A stretch of DNA of 64,000 nucleotides from a virus: IMG/VR virus record IMGVR_UViG_3300027976_000033; one strand, 5' to 3'. Below the pieces are notes generated by a model that did no database searches, was not told the origin of the DNA, and saw nothing but the letters and a program-made list of their open reading frames with translations. Of this stretch, positions 45,787 through 56,319 are shown piece after piece. Both the position numbers and the translations under genes were made by a program. The stretch's first letter is position 1; each line of letters begins with the position of its first letter.

Positions 45787-46037
45787 CAACAATAATTTAC
45801 AGTAAAAAGGCATGTCCAAATTGTGATTATTCTAAAATGTTGATGCAATCTAGAAATCAACCTTATATTGAAACTGTTATCGGTGAAGACATTACCCGAG
45901 AAGAATTTATGACAACATTTCCTGGAGTGATGTCTGTACCATACATTATCATAAACGGAAAACCTATAGGCGGTTTCACAGAATTAAAGGAATATTATAA
46001 TGGACTTGAAAGCAAAACCTTCCTTACAGAAGACTGA
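45783..46037 (+). CDS. glutaredoxin (NrdC/NrdH-like)
   Basis: CPNC active site near N-terminus; 84 aa. Confidence 0.6.
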   Translation: MTTIIYSKKACPNCDYSKMLMQSRNQPYIETVIGEDITREEFMTTFPGVMSVPYIIINGKPIGGFTELKEYYNGLESKTFLTED

Positions 46038-46278
46038 CGTTGTAAAACTACTACAATCAAATCGTATGGACGTAGTTTTTAGAAAGACTGATGGGACAAT
46101 GAGAAAAATGCATTGTACATTGATGGAAGATTATCTTCCAGAGAAATCAGAAGAAACTAGATCACATACACCAAATGATGAAGTTGTTTCGGTTTGGGAT
46201 TTAGAGAAGCAAGATTGGAGAGCATTCAGACTGGATGCAGTTAGTGAAATTAGAAGTGTGAATATCAATGGAAATTAA
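46000..46278 (+). CDS. hypothetical protein
   Basis: ORF. Confidence 0.4.
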   Translation: MDLKAKPSLQKTDVVKLLQSNRMDVVFRKTDGTMRKMHCTLMEDYLPEKSEETRSHTPNDEVVSVWDLEKQDWRAFRLDAVSEIRSVNINGN

Positions 46279-47257
46279 TGGTGGAAAACTAATTCGCAAT
46301 GAGACTAACCAGAAATCTATGGGTGGAAGTGAAATTATTGCTACTGCACTGGTCAACAAATTAAATCCAGATTTATTAAAAGAATTTCAAATCGTCAATT
46401 CTCGTGTAAGAGAATTGGACGACAGTAAAGTTCGTGTATTTATTGCCCACGATCTTCCAGGCGATCCAGAATCTGAATTTCTTAAAGATGGTGGGTATGA
46501 TGTTTTTCATAAGCTAGTATTTGTATCAAATTGGCAAATGCAAGCATATATGAATCATTATAGAATTCCATGGTCTAAATGCGTTGTAATGCAAAATGCA
46601 ATAGAACCAATAACAAGAATTGAAAATAAACCAAAAGAAACAATTCGACTTGGATATTGGTCTACTCCTCATCGTGGATTAAGCATACTCGTTCCAGTAT
46701 TTCAGAAATTGTGCGAAAAATATGATAACATCGAACTTGATGTATATTCATCTTTCAGTCTATATGGTTGGGAAGAAAGAGATGAAGCATTCGAGCCATT
46801 ATTTAATACGTGTAGAGAACATGATAAAATCAATTATCACGGTGCAGTATCTAACGATGAAATCAGATCAGGACTCGATGGTATGCATATATTAGCATAT
46901 CCATCTACTTGGTTAGAAACATCATGTTTAGTTCTCATGGAAGCAATGGCAGCTGGTCTATTATGTGTTCATTCTAATTATGGCGCGCTCTATGAAACCG
47001 CAGCAAATTGGACTTGGATGTATCAATATAACGAAGATATGAACGGCCATGCTAATATGTTTTATCAGGTCTTGGATGGTGCTATTCAATCTATGCAGCA
47101 TGAATTGGTAGAACATCACGTGTCTTCACAATCCTCATGGGCTAATATGAACTATGGTTGGGATAGAAGAGTTCCAAATTGGGATGCGTTCCTATTATCA
47201 CTAGTAAATGAACCTAGAGATTTACCAAAAGAATCATTTAAATATTCTACTGGTTGA
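46268..47257 (+). CDS. glycosyltransferase family 4-like (GT-B fold)
   Basis: ETSCLVLMEAMAAGLLCVHSNYGALYET = E-x7-E motif of GT4 retaining glycosyltransferases. Confidence 0.7.
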   Translation: MEINGGKLIRNETNQKSMGGSEIIATALVNKLNPDLLKEFQIVNSRVRELDDSKVRVFIAHDLPGDPESEFLKDGGYDVFHKLVFVSNWQMQAYMNHYRIPWSKCVVMQNAIEPITRIENKPKETIRLGYWSTPHRGLSILVPVFQKLCEKYDNIELDVYSSFSLYGWEERDEAFEPLFNTCREHDKINYHGAVSNDEIRSGLDGMHILAYPSTWLETSCLVLMEAMAAGLLCVHSNYGALYETAANWTWMYQYNEDMNGHANMFYQVLDGAIQSMQHELVEHHVSSQSSWANMNYGWDRRVPNWDAFLLSLVNEPRDLPKESFKYSTG

Positions 47258-47282
47258 CATTCTTTTCGAAATAGTATATAAG
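47254..47282 (+). promoter_or_regulatory. early promoter (TTGACA-N17-TATAAG)
   Basis: identical over 40 bp to the 8404 copy. Confidence 0.65.
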
Positions 47283-47312
47283 AATATATCAAAACAATAA
47301 AGGATTAGGTTT

Positions 47313-48401
47313 ATGGCCAAACGTAATAAGGAAAAATCCAAAAACATTGATCAAGTTGGAATGGGTTTCGAACCTGTTCTTACCGAGGTTAATGGTGTTC
47401 GTGATATAAATCTTATCAAATCGTTCAACTGGTATAACTACATGTACGATGCCAAAAGGGGTAAAGTATGGTTGATCAAATGGATGAAAGAAAACAACCA
47501 CACACCAGCTTATATTTCTTCTATTAAACATGCGCCAGATTGGGTAATCAATACCACCGCATGTTGGTCTGCTAAAATGGCTCTTAATGGAACCATTCTG
47601 GCACAAGAAAATATCGACTTTATTAATAGACAAATTGGTATTAGTGTCGATCGTCACAAAGCACTTATCGTCGAAAAAGAAGAAGATGACCGACCAAAGC
47701 CAACTATTCAATCACGAATTCAAGCCAAAAATCGGGCTCTTGCCGAGCAGGCTGAAGCTCTGGTAGATCAGATCATCGATGGTGAAGAATTAGATATGTA
47801 TGATTTCCTTCTTCGTAATGAGGGAACACCGGTTCTAGCTAATTTTCTCAAATCCATATACGAGCCAATTCTTGAAGAGCTCATGTCTGATGATGAAGAT
47901 GTTGTGGAAGCATATGGTAAAACATTGAAGCGTTGGCAGAAAATTTATCAGACCATTATTGATGATATTGATCGTTTTGCTAACAACAAAAAGGTGGTTC
48001 GCAAGCGTCGAATCACAGTCAAGAAGGTCAAACCAATCAGCGCAATTGTTAAGAATCTCAAATATCAAAAAGAAGATACTACACTCAAGGTTGTGTCGGT
48101 TAATCCAGAACAACTGGTTGGAGCATCAAGCGTTTGGCTATATAACACCAAATATAAGTCACTAACCAATCTTAGCACTAATGCTCCAACCGGTCTTGGT
48201 GTAAAGGGAACCACCATCATTAACTATGATGTGGCTACCGCAATTTCCAAAAAGCTTCGCAAGCCAGAGGAAACTATTGCCAAGCTCCTTGCTTCTGGTA
48301 AGGTTGGTGTTAGAACTTTCATGGATGCGCTAACTACTAAACCTGGTGGTGTGAATGGCCGTATAAATAATAATATAATTATCTTGAAAGTTATAAAATG
48401 A
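47313..48401 (+). CDS. hypothetical protein
   Basis: 362-aa ORF downstream of promoter. Confidence 0.55.
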   Translation: MAKRNKEKSKNIDQVGMGFEPVLTEVNGVRDINLIKSFNWYNYMYDAKRGKVWLIKWMKENNHTPAYISSIKHAPDWVINTTACWSAKMALNGTILAQENIDFINRQIGISVDRHKALIVEKEEDDRPKPTIQSRIQAKNRALAEQAEALVDQIIDGEELDMYDFLLRNEGTPVLANFLKSIYEPILEELMSDDEDVVEAYGKTLKRWQKIYQTIIDDIDRFANNKKVVRKRRITVKKVKPISAIVKNLKYQKEDTTLKVVSVNPEQLVGASSVWLYNTKYKSLTNLSTNAPTGLGVKGTTIINYDVATAISKKLRKPEETIAKLLASGKVGVRTFMDALTTKPGGVNGRINNNIIILKVIK

Positions 48402-48601
48402 GTAGCCCTCGGATAGAAGTAGCTGGATCAATTGATACAAATCGATATGAACATCGCATATATAGTTCACATTCAGTTATAGTGAAAACACATCAGAGTG
48501 GAAAATCACTACAAAACAAGTGGGGTGGATATTCACCAATCAATGTTGGTCAGCATGGTTACGTAGCAAAGAAATTTGCGTCTATACGAAAGGGAATGTG
48601 A
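48398..48601 (+). CDS. hypothetical protein
   Basis: ORF. Confidence 0.35.
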   Translation: MSSPRIEVAGSIDTNRYEHRIYSSHSVIVKTHQSGKSLQNKWGGYSPINVGQHGYVAKKFASIRKGM

Positions 48602-48641
48602 TGTTATTTTTAGCAGTAGTCACTATTAATGAAACCATCAC

Positions 48642-48947
48642 ATGACTAATGTAATAGCATTTCCTAAGGGAAAGAAGCACTCACCTGTACAAAGTGTAAG
48701 TGATGTTATTCGTCATGTTGAAGAAGTTCGCAAAGAACAAATAGAGCTTATGGCTGATGGATTAATACATAACATAGTTCAATCCATTTATGACGACGGA
48801 TATGATGTTTCTAGCCCACAATGCATTGTTCCTATAGCATACTTAACGGAAACTATCAAGGGTATTCTATGTGCTTCTATGAACATAGACCATCCAATAC
48901 ATCAACACGCAGTAGACTTTTATGAAACTAAAATTGAAGAAGATTAA
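48642..48947 (+). CDS. hypothetical protein
   Basis: ORF. Confidence 0.45.
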   Translation: MTNVIAFPKGKKHSPVQSVSDVIRHVEEVRKEQIELMADGLIHNIVQSIYDDGYDVSSPQCIVPIAYLTETIKGILCASMNIDHPIHQHAVDFYETKIEED

Positions 48948-48950
48948 TTT

Positions 48951-49853
48951 ATGATTATCGTTGATTTGAACCAAGTTATTATCTCATCTCTCATGGCATC
49001 TCTTGGAACACATGCTCCAAAACTTATCAATAAAACAGAAGATGAGGGCACATATGAAAATGAGTCTCTCCTGCGGCACTTTGTTCTTAATAGTATAAGA
49101 TCATATAACCACAAATTTAAAGACAAATACGGTGAGCTGGTAATCGCATGCGATGCGACTGATTACTGGCGTAAAGACATATTTCCATATTACAAACAGA
49201 ATAGAAAAAAAGATCGCGATGCGTCAGAATTAGACTGGAACGTGTTGTTCAAAAGTCTAAACAAAATTCGTGATGAAATTATAACATTTCTTCCTTATCG
49301 TGTTATTAGAATTGATAGAGCTGAAGCTGATGATGTTATTGCATCTCTCTGTCACGAATTTGGAAATACATCACAGAAGATTATGATTGTAAGCGGTGAT
49401 AAAGATTTCAAACAGCTCCAGTCATATGTGAATGTAGAGCAATATGATCCAGTCCGCAAAAAGAAAATTGTAGAAAAAAATCCAGAAGCATATTTGAAAG
49501 AGCACATCATGCGCGGAGATGGTGGTGATGGCATACCAAACTTCTTGAGTCCAGATGATAAGTTTGTAACTGGTGTTAGAGCAAAACCAATCTCAGCTAA
49601 GAACATAAATAAGTGGATTTATATGAAACCCGCAGAATTTTGTGATGATCATATGCTGAGAGGTTATAAGCGCAATGAAGCATTGGTTGACCTACAACTA
49701 ATTCCAGAAAACATTAAGATTGCTACTATAGAATCGTATAATGAACAAGTAGACAAACACAAACAAAACAATCGTATGCTAACATATTTTATTGAAAAGC
49801 GATTGAAGAATTTAACAGAAGTAATTACACAATTTAAGGTGAACCATGGCTAG
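48951..49853 (+). CDS. rnh: RNase H / 5'-3' flap exonuclease (T4 rnh)
   Basis: IVDLNQV, LVIACD, FPYYKQNRKK, AEADDVIA, VSGDKDFKQL align with T4 RNase H. Confidence 0.85.
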   Translation: MIIVDLNQVIISSLMASLGTHAPKLINKTEDEGTYENESLLRHFVLNSIRSYNHKFKDKYGELVIACDATDYWRKDIFPYYKQNRKKDRDASELDWNVLFKSLNKIRDEIITFLPYRVIRIDRAEADDVIASLCHEFGNTSQKIMIVSGDKDFKQLQSYVNVEQYDPVRKKKIVEKNPEAYLKEHIMRGDGGDGIPNFLSPDDKFVTGVRAKPISAKNINKWIYMKPAEFCDDHMLRGYKRNEALVDLQLIPENIKIATIESYNEQVDKHKQNNRMLTYFIEKRLKNLTEVITQFKVNHG

Positions 49854-50253
49854 AAAAGCAGTATCGTGGATTTTAGAATTTGCATCTAATCTCCCTAAAA
49901 AAGAAATGATAAAATGTTTAAGAGAGAATGAACTAGCAGTTAAGACCGTTCTTCAATATGCATATGATCCAAATATTAAATGGCTTCTACCAAAAGGAGA
50001 TGTTCCATATGAGCCCTGCAAATTTGACAATCAAGATGGTATTTTATATGCAGAGCTTAGAAGACTCTATCTCTTTGTAGAAGGTGGAAACCCAAATCTA
50101 ACTCAATTAAAAAGAGAATCTATATTCATTGACATTATTGAAAATGTTACACCAGAAGATGCTATATTGTTGGTTAACATTAAAGACAAAAAGCTCCCTC
50201 ATCCAAAAGTCACATCAAAGATAGTTTTGGAAGCGTTTCCTGGATTGTATTAA
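49846..50253 (+). CDS. hypothetical protein
   Basis: ORF. Confidence 0.45.
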   Translation: MARKAVSWILEFASNLPKKEMIKCLRENELAVKTVLQYAYDPNIKWLLPKGDVPYEPCKFDNQDGILYAELRRLYLFVEGGNPNLTQLKRESIFIDIIENVTPEDAILLVNIKDKKLPHPKVTSKIVLEAFPGLY

Positions 50254-50414
50254 TGTCTAAAAATAAAAAATTTGATGACGATGAAGATGAAGAATATAGT
50301 AATTCGAAATTTCGTCAAGAACTAAAACAGCACCGAAAGGATAAGAAAATCAAAAATGCTTTGCGCAATAATAATATTAATTTTCTTATAGATGACGATG
50401 ATGATTACCAATGA
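50253..50414 (+). CDS. hypothetical small acidic protein
   Basis: 53-aa ORF. Confidence 0.3.
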   Translation: MSKNKKFDDDEDEEYSNSKFRQELKQHRKDKKIKNALRNNNINFLIDDDDDYQ

Positions 50415-50416
50415 GA

Positions 50417-50424
50417 TATAAATA
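50417..50424 (+). promoter_or_regulatory. late promoter octamer TATAAATA, 4 nt before ATG 50429
   Basis: exact octamer. Confidence 0.35.
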
Positions 50425-50428
50425 AATC

Positions 50429-50725
50429 ATGCCAACCTATCTTTTTTTAAATACAGAAACTAACGAACCATTTGAAGATTTCTTATCTTACGAAGCTCGT
50501 AAAATTCTTTTAGATGAAAATCCCCACATCATTCCAATAGTTACCGCACCGGCCATCGTGTCTGGTGTGTCTAGTGGCATGAAAACTGACGGAGGATTTA
50601 ACGAAGTATTATCTAAAATTGGTGAAGCTCATCCAGCGTCAGCTCTGGCAGATAAACATGTCAGAAGATCTAATAAACAAGTAAAAACACGGGAGATTGT
50701 CAAAAAACACTTTGGTAAAAAATGA
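50429..50725 (+). CDS. hypothetical protein
   Basis: ORF. Confidence 0.5.
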   Translation: MPTYLFLNTETNEPFEDFLSYEARKILLDENPHIIPIVTAPAIVSGVSSGMKTDGGFNEVLSKIGEAHPASALADKHVRRSNKQVKTREIVKKHFGKK

Positions 50726-50771
50726 TCGTGGCTATGATTCAGTGATCAACACTAACCACTAAGGAACTATC

Positions 50772-51503
50772 ATGTCTGTAACTAGATCTACTAAAAGACA
50801 AAAGAGACAAGCAGCATCATCATCAAATTGTGGAACTAAAAATCATTTAGAACTTAGAGATATTGGTCCGATAACGGACAACCAGGTTAAAACATTTCAG
50901 TATTATAATGAAAACAAAAATGTTTTCTTATTAGGATGCGCTGGAACTGGTAAAACATTTCTAAGTTTATATCTAGCGCTAAAAGAAATTTTATACCAAA
51001 AAACTGACAAACGACAAATAGTTATAATTAGAACAGCACAACCAACAAAACAAATTGGATTTCTTCCAGGTGATGAAGCAACCAAAATGGATGTTTATGA
51101 AGCACCATATAGAGCTATATGTTCTGAACTATTTAATAGAGATGATGCATACGAAATTCTTAAACAAAAAGGTGTTATAGTTTTTGCTGGCACATCATTC
51201 CTTAGAGGTTGTACCATCAATGAAAGTATTATTATAGCCGACGAAGTTCAAAATTGTGGATATCAAGAGTTGAGAACAGTGCTGACAAGACCTGGTGACA
51301 AATCAAAAATAATTTTATGTGGTGATACACGCCAAGACGACTTAACATCTAAAAGATACAATGAATTTAGTGGAATTCAAGACATAATGAAAGTGCTAGG
51401 TAATGTAGAATCTATGAAAACTGTTATCTTCGATATAGATGATATTGTTAGAAGCAATTTTGTAAGAGACTTCATTATAGCGGAGTATGAAGCAGGAATT
51501 TAA
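50772..51503 (+). CDS. phoH: PhoH-like ATPase
   Basis: Walker A LLGCAGTGKTFL and PhoH family layout. Confidence 0.85.
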   Translation: MSVTRSTKRQKRQAASSSNCGTKNHLELRDIGPITDNQVKTFQYYNENKNVFLLGCAGTGKTFLSLYLALKEILYQKTDKRQIVIIRTAQPTKQIGFLPGDEATKMDVYEAPYRAICSELFNRDDAYEILKQKGVIVFAGTSFLRGCTINESIIIADEVQNCGYQELRTVLTRPGDKSKIILCGDTRQDDLTSKRYNEFSGIQDIMKVLGNVESMKTVIFDIDDIVRSNFVRDFIIAEYEAGI

Positions 51504-52181
51504 ATGACATTTAATCATGAACTAATAAAAAATCTACCAGAGTTGGAACAAATCAATACCGACTCTGGTAGATTTTATTTAACACCAGAAGGAAACCGAT
51601 ATTCTTCTGTAACAACAATTCTCGGAACTATGTCTGACAAGTCTGGGTTAGATCAGTGGCGAGAACGTGTTGGCGCCCGAGAAGCTGATCGCATCGGTAA
51701 TCAAGCAAGTCTTCGTGGAACACACTTCCATAGTCTATGTGAAGATTATGTTCTAAATAGAGAAGTCGATGTCCAATCGCTGATGCCATTAGACAAACAA
51801 CTATTCAACCAAACGAAAAAAGTCTTGGATGCTAATCTGACTACACTTCGTGGTTCTGAAAGTAGATTATATTCTAACAGACTTAAGTCTGCTGGATCAT
51901 GTGATCTTATTTGTGATTGGAATGGTGAATTAGCTATTGGTGATTTTAAGACATCTGCTAAACCAAAAGATAAAGAATACATCTTAAATTATTTTTTACA
52001 AACAACTGCATATTCATATATGTTATGGGAACAGCATAGAATGATGTGTAAGAAGATTGTAGTGATTATAGCGTGTGATTCTTTACCTCATGCACAAGTT
52101 TATATTGAAGATCCACGAAAATATATTGATAAAGTAGTTGACATGTTCGATACTTTTGATTATAATAATAAACATGGATAG
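51504..52181 (+). CDS. PD-(D/E)XK nuclease superfamily protein
   Basis: D...DFK core (GSCDLICDW...IGDFKTS) with C-terminal QTTAY. Confidence 0.5.
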   Translation: MTFNHELIKNLPELEQINTDSGRFYLTPEGNRYSSVTTILGTMSDKSGLDQWRERVGAREADRIGNQASLRGTHFHSLCEDYVLNREVDVQSLMPLDKQLFNQTKKVLDANLTTLRGSESRLYSNRLKSAGSCDLICDWNGELAIGDFKTSAKPKDKEYILNYFLQTTAYSYMLWEQHRMMCKKIVVIIACDSLPHAQVYIEDPRKYIDKVVDMFDTFDYNNKHG

Positions 52182-52764
52182 ACTATATAAAGAATATATC
52201 GACAAATGTGGACTAAAGAATCGTCTGATAGATCGCCGGATTTCGATGTCGCGGGATTCTCAAGCAGAAAAGACTTATAGTAGTGAAACTCTCTTCGATA
52301 ATGCTAATGATGATTTAAATATTAAATTTAAAAATATTAAAGAAGCGAATGAATACGCAAAGAAGATACTGAAATATAAAGCTTGGAAAAAGATAATGTG
52401 TCCAGGTCTTTTCAAAAGACCTGCACCGAATATCATTTTTAAGAGTCATAAAAGTTTGCTTGGAATGTATTGTGGTGGTGGACTCATTTGGTTATCTACT
52501 AAAGGTATGACATCATTCACACTAATACATGAACTAATCCATTATGCCGGTTATGATCATCATGATGCATTTTTCAGACATGCTCAGATAAAAATAATCT
52601 CGGCCGCAGTCAGTCGAGAAACGGCATCATCTTTAAAAGAGTATTACAAAGCAGATGGATTAAAATGCAATCTACCAAAGAAAATAAAACCACTGTCATA
52701 TAAAGACTGGAAAATTAAATATCTAAGATTAGAAGATGCGAGAAATAAAAGGAAGATATTATGA
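52174..52764 (+). CDS. putative Zn-metallopeptidase (HExxH, SprT-like)
   Basis: HELIHYAG; ATG overlaps upstream stop. Confidence 0.45.
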   Translation: MDRLYKEYIDKCGLKNRLIDRRISMSRDSQAEKTYSSETLFDNANDDLNIKFKNIKEANEYAKKILKYKAWKKIMCPGLFKRPAPNIIFKSHKSLLGMYCGGGLIWLSTKGMTSFTLIHELIHYAGYDHHDAFFRHAQIKIISAAVSRETASSLKEYYKADGLKCNLPKKIKPLSYKDWKIKYLRLEDARNKRKIL

Positions 52765-52846
52765 ACAAAGATATTGTAGTGTGGCTACCTAGAATTATAT
52801 TAATAGTCTTAGTGTTTATTGGATTAATTTATATTGGAGTTTTATC

Positions 52847-53449
52847 ATGAACAAACAATTGTGGGCTTACGGTGCTGGTATCATTGCTCTTGCTGCATAT
52901 ATCGCTGTTAACATACCAATCATTGAAAAGAAAATGGAAATGAAATCAGTAGAAGCTGAATTTGTAGCAGAAGATTTAACACCAATTGGAGAATATACAC
53001 CTTCTTTGAGTCTGAAATATGATTTTGAGATGGACATCTTTAGTAATTTTAAACAAGTCACATATATCAAAAATTATGGCCGTGAAAACATTGATATTGA
53101 AAGTGTTGTTGTAAATGGGCGAGAAGGATGTCTATTATCACTATATGGTCTTTCAATGGACGATATCAAGAAATGGGATATCGTTAAAACACTGACTAGT
53201 GATGGAACTGAAGATGAAGCATTGGATGGTATTCCACCAGAGATTCAAAAAACGGCTGCAGATTACAGAATCACAGATTTAGATTTTAGACCAGTTCCAC
53301 TTGGTTACAACCCAGGTCATGTACTTCCTGGCGTAACACTACAACCCGGTGATTCAATCAAAATCAACTATCCTAAAAACAGATGTGGTAAGGATATCAT
53401 TTTCTTGGAAGTAAGAAATGGCGACGCTTCATTTGAATTGATTGGTTAA
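52847..53449 (+). CDS. membrane-anchored hypothetical protein
   Basis: N-terminal TM helix. Confidence 0.45.
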   Translation: MNKQLWAYGAGIIALAAYIAVNIPIIEKKMEMKSVEAEFVAEDLTPIGEYTPSLSLKYDFEMDIFSNFKQVTYIKNYGRENIDIESVVVNGREGCLLSLYGLSMDDIKKWDIVKTLTSDGTEDEALDGIPPEIQKTAADYRITDLDFRPVPLGYNPGHVLPGVTLQPGDSIKINYPKNRCGKDIIFLEVRNGDASFELIG

Positions 53450-53474
53450 CATTCTTTTCGTTTCAGTATATAAG
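53446..53474 (+). promoter_or_regulatory. early promoter variant (TTAACA-N17-TATAAG); ATG 6 nt after -10
   Basis: ttaacattcttttcgtttcagtatataag. Confidence 0.5.
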
Positions 53475-53480
53475 ATAATC

Positions 53481-53678
53481 ATGGAAAAATATATTCAAGA
53501 AGGTGATCTCCTATTGTACCACAACGAGTGGGCAGGTGGAGTCAGACCTAAAGACAAAATAAATACTGCTAGACACAAGCTGGTCAAGAAAGGCCAAGCT
53601 GAAATAGTTTTGCCAGAAGACTATTTTCCAAAGAAAAAAGTTAAGATCACTCGCAAAGGCAAATTGAAAGGTAATTAA
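53481..53678 (+). CDS. hypothetical small basic protein
   Basis: ORF directly at promoter. Confidence 0.4.
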   Translation: MEKYIQEGDLLLYHNEWAGGVRPKDKINTARHKLVKKGQAEIVLPEDYFPKKKVKITRKGKLKGN

Positions 53679-53680
53679 TT

Positions 53681-54049
53681 ATGATCGAATATAAAGTTGA
53701 AGTTTATCCTAATGGTACCAAGTATTGGTTCCTTAATGGGAAATATCATCGCGAAGATGGTCCAGCTATCGAATGGTCTAATGGTAACAAATATTGGTAC
53801 ATTAATGATGTACTCCATCGTGAAGATGGCCCAGCAATCGAATATGCCAATGGTGGCAAGGTTTGGTACCTTGATGGTAAGCCCCATCGTGAAGATGGAC
53901 CAGCTGTCGAATATGCCGATGGTGATAAGTATTGGTACCTTAATGGTGTATTAGTTACCGAAGACGAAGTAATGAATCCTGGCAAAGAACTTACTGTTGC
54001 TGAAATTAGTAAGCTTCTTGGATACGATGTAAAAATCATCAAGGGTTGA
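53681..54049 (+). CDS. MORN-variant repeat protein, paralog 4 (four repeats)
   Basis: same repeat and tail. Confidence 0.65.
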   Translation: MIEYKVEVYPNGTKYWFLNGKYHREDGPAIEWSNGNKYWYINDVLHREDGPAIEYANGGKVWYLDGKPHREDGPAVEYADGDKYWYLNGVLVTEDEVMNPGKELTVAEISKLLGYDVKIIKG

Positions 54050-54074
54050 CATTCTTTTCGAAATAGTATATAAG
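54046..54074 (+). promoter_or_regulatory. early promoter (TTGACA-N17-TATAAG)
   Basis: gttgacattcttttcgaaatagtatataag. Confidence 0.65.
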
Positions 54075-54105
54075 AGTCATATCAAAACAACAATAGGAAC
54101 TTATT

Positions 54106-55074
54106 ATGTCTCATGAACTTGAAATGGTTGGTAAAGATGCTCAAATGGCTTACGTCGGCGACGTTCCATGGCACGGTCTTGGTGTAAAAGTCCCCGCCGA
54201 TCTCACTCCACAACAAATGGCAAAATCTGCCGGCGTCGATTGGAATGTTGAAACCATTCCAGCACACGTCGAAATCAACGGCAAACAAGTTGAAATTGGA
54301 AAATCTGCACTAGTGCGAAGCACTGACAAGAAAATTTTGGATGTTATCAGTAATGACTGGAACCCATGTCAGAACGTTGACGCCTTCGAATTCTTCAATG
54401 ACTTTATTTCGGCTGGCGATATGGAAATGCATACGGCTGGATCGCTCAAAGATGGCAAAATCGTCTGGGCGCTCGCAAAGGTGAAGGATTCTTCATTCGA
54501 ACTATTTAACGGTAAAGACCGAGTAGATTCTTATCTCCACTTTACCAATCCACATCAATATGGACAATCAATCGATGTCCGCTTCACACCAATTCGAGTG
54601 GTATGTAATAACACACTTTCGCTCTCGCTTGGTATGAAATCAAAAAATATGGTGAAGATTTCCCATCGCGCACAATTTAATGCAGATGAAGTCAAGTTGG
54701 CTCTCGGTGTTGCAGCTGATAAGTTGAAAACTTACAAAGAGTCTGCAATGTTTCTCAGTGAAAAGCGATACACAAACGAAAGCATGGAAAACTATTTCAA
54801 ACGCGTTTTCCCTTATATGTCATCTGATCCAAAGAAAGCAACTGAACTTTCTCGCAATGCAAAGCTTGCTTCTGAAGATTATTTGACCGGTCAGGCCGGC
54901 GCAGAACTTGGTGAAGGCACATACTGGCAGCTGTTCAATACCGTAACCTATATGACAGATCATGTAATGGGCCGTACCGCCGACAATCGGCTATCTTCAG
55001 CTTGGTATGGTAGTAACCGCAATCTCAAAGTAAGAGCGCTAGAAACCGCCCTTGAAATGGCAAACGAAGCTTAA
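54106..55074 (+). CDS. phage/plasmid-like protein (DUF932/TIGR03299-like), putative
   Basis: size and sequence pattern reminiscent of the DUF932 family; weak. Confidence 0.4.
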   Translation: MSHELEMVGKDAQMAYVGDVPWHGLGVKVPADLTPQQMAKSAGVDWNVETIPAHVEINGKQVEIGKSALVRSTDKKILDVISNDWNPCQNVDAFEFFNDFISAGDMEMHTAGSLKDGKIVWALAKVKDSSFELFNGKDRVDSYLHFTNPHQYGQSIDVRFTPIRVVCNNTLSLSLGMKSKNMVKISHRAQFNADEVKLALGVAADKLKTYKESAMFLSEKRYTNESMENYFKRVFPYMSSDPKKATELSRNAKLASEDYLTGQAGAELGEGTYWQLFNTVTYMTDHVMGRTADNRLSSAWYGSNRNLKVRALETALEMANEA

Positions 55075-55080
55075 GATATC

Positions 55081-55105
55081 AGGGGGCTTCGGCCCCCTCT
55101 TTTTG
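55081..55105 (+). terminator. rho-independent terminator
   Basis: agggggcttcggccccct then T-run. Confidence 0.75.
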
Positions 55106-55114
55106 GAGAAATTT

Positions 55115-56311
55115 ATGTTGTACTTTTATAATGATGGTGAAATTGATATCAACGGAGCCACAATAGCTGGATTATCTGCTAAAGATAATAATAAACCTAT
55201 TGGCTTCTTCGGCACTGGATTGAAATATGCTATTGCATGCATTCTTCGATGGGATGGAGAAATCAGTATTTGGTCTGGCAAAACAAAATACATTTTTAGT
55301 CTAAATGAGCTGATGTTTCGTGGAGCATCATTCAAACAAATAGTTATGACTAACAGATCAACTGGTAAAGTGAGTGAACTTGGATTCACTACAGAGTATG
55401 GTAAAAATTGGAAACCGTGGCAAGTGTTTAGAGAGCTATACAGCAACGCTATAGATGAAAATGGTGATGTAACCCAGTATGATTCTAAAGATCTCCATGG
55501 TGGTGGTAAAACTGTAATAGAAGTATCTTCTGAGGAATTGCATGACATATATCCGAAACGCGATTCTATTATTCTACCAAAAACCTTCGGCCCAAAAATA
55601 GAAACAAAATATGGGTACATATATAACACTCCAAATAATAGTGTTTATTACCGAGGAGTGCGAGTGGCTGAGGCTGAAAGCAAATATACGTACAATATCA
55701 CAGACACATTGGATCTTACTGAAGATAGAACAGTAGATACATATTACATGCGGCGTGCAGCTGGCAGATTAGTTATAAATTGTAAGTCTCGAGACATTAT
55801 CTATGATATTATAACAGCCAAAGATGGTCTTGAAAGCGATCTCTATTATACGGCTTACTCAGAACATACACCAGAATTCATGGATGCATGCCGTCAAATT
55901 CACTTAGAGACACCAAACAAATATGCGACAGTGACTGAATTTTTGAAGCGATATGATAAAACATTCAAAGAAAACACTGAAGTCACAATATCTACTATTC
56001 AAAAATCTATGATGGATAAGGCCATACGAGTTTGTTGCGCCATGTTTAATATCAATGATAGCGAATTGCCAAATATAAAATATGGCAATCTTGGTCGCGA
56101 AACTCTTGGATTGTATGATCCAAAGTGTAGAGAAATTTGGATCGATGTTAAGTGTTTCAACAGTGGAACGAAGTTTGTTACATCAACACTCTATGAAGAA
56201 ATAACACATTGGCTCACCGGTCACACTGATTGTAATTATACCATGCAGACTTATCTTTTTGATAAAATTATTACACTATATGAAGAGCATGTGCTAAAAG
56301 AACCAATATAA
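55115..56311 (+). CDS. hypothetical protein
   Basis: RBS GGAGAA. Confidence 0.5.
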   Translation: MLYFYNDGEIDINGATIAGLSAKDNNKPIGFFGTGLKYAIACILRWDGEISIWSGKTKYIFSLNELMFRGASFKQIVMTNRSTGKVSELGFTTEYGKNWKPWQVFRELYSNAIDENGDVTQYDSKDLHGGGKTVIEVSSEELHDIYPKRDSIILPKTFGPKIETKYGYIYNTPNNSVYYRGVRVAEAESKYTYNITDTLDLTEDRTVDTYYMRRAAGRLVINCKSRDIIYDIITAKDGLESDLYYTAYSEHTPEFMDACRQIHLETPNKYATVTEFLKRYDKTFKENTEVTISTIQKSMMDKAIRVCCAMFNINDSELPNIKYGNLGRETLGLYDPKCREIWIDVKCFNSGTKFVTSTLYEEITHWLTGHTDCNYTMQTYLFDKIITLYEEHVLKEPI

Positions 56312-56314
56312 ATA
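56307..56314 (+). promoter_or_regulatory. late promoter octamer TATAAATA
   Basis: exact octamer 6 nt before ATG 56320. Confidence 0.35.
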
Positions 56315-56319
56315 ATTAT

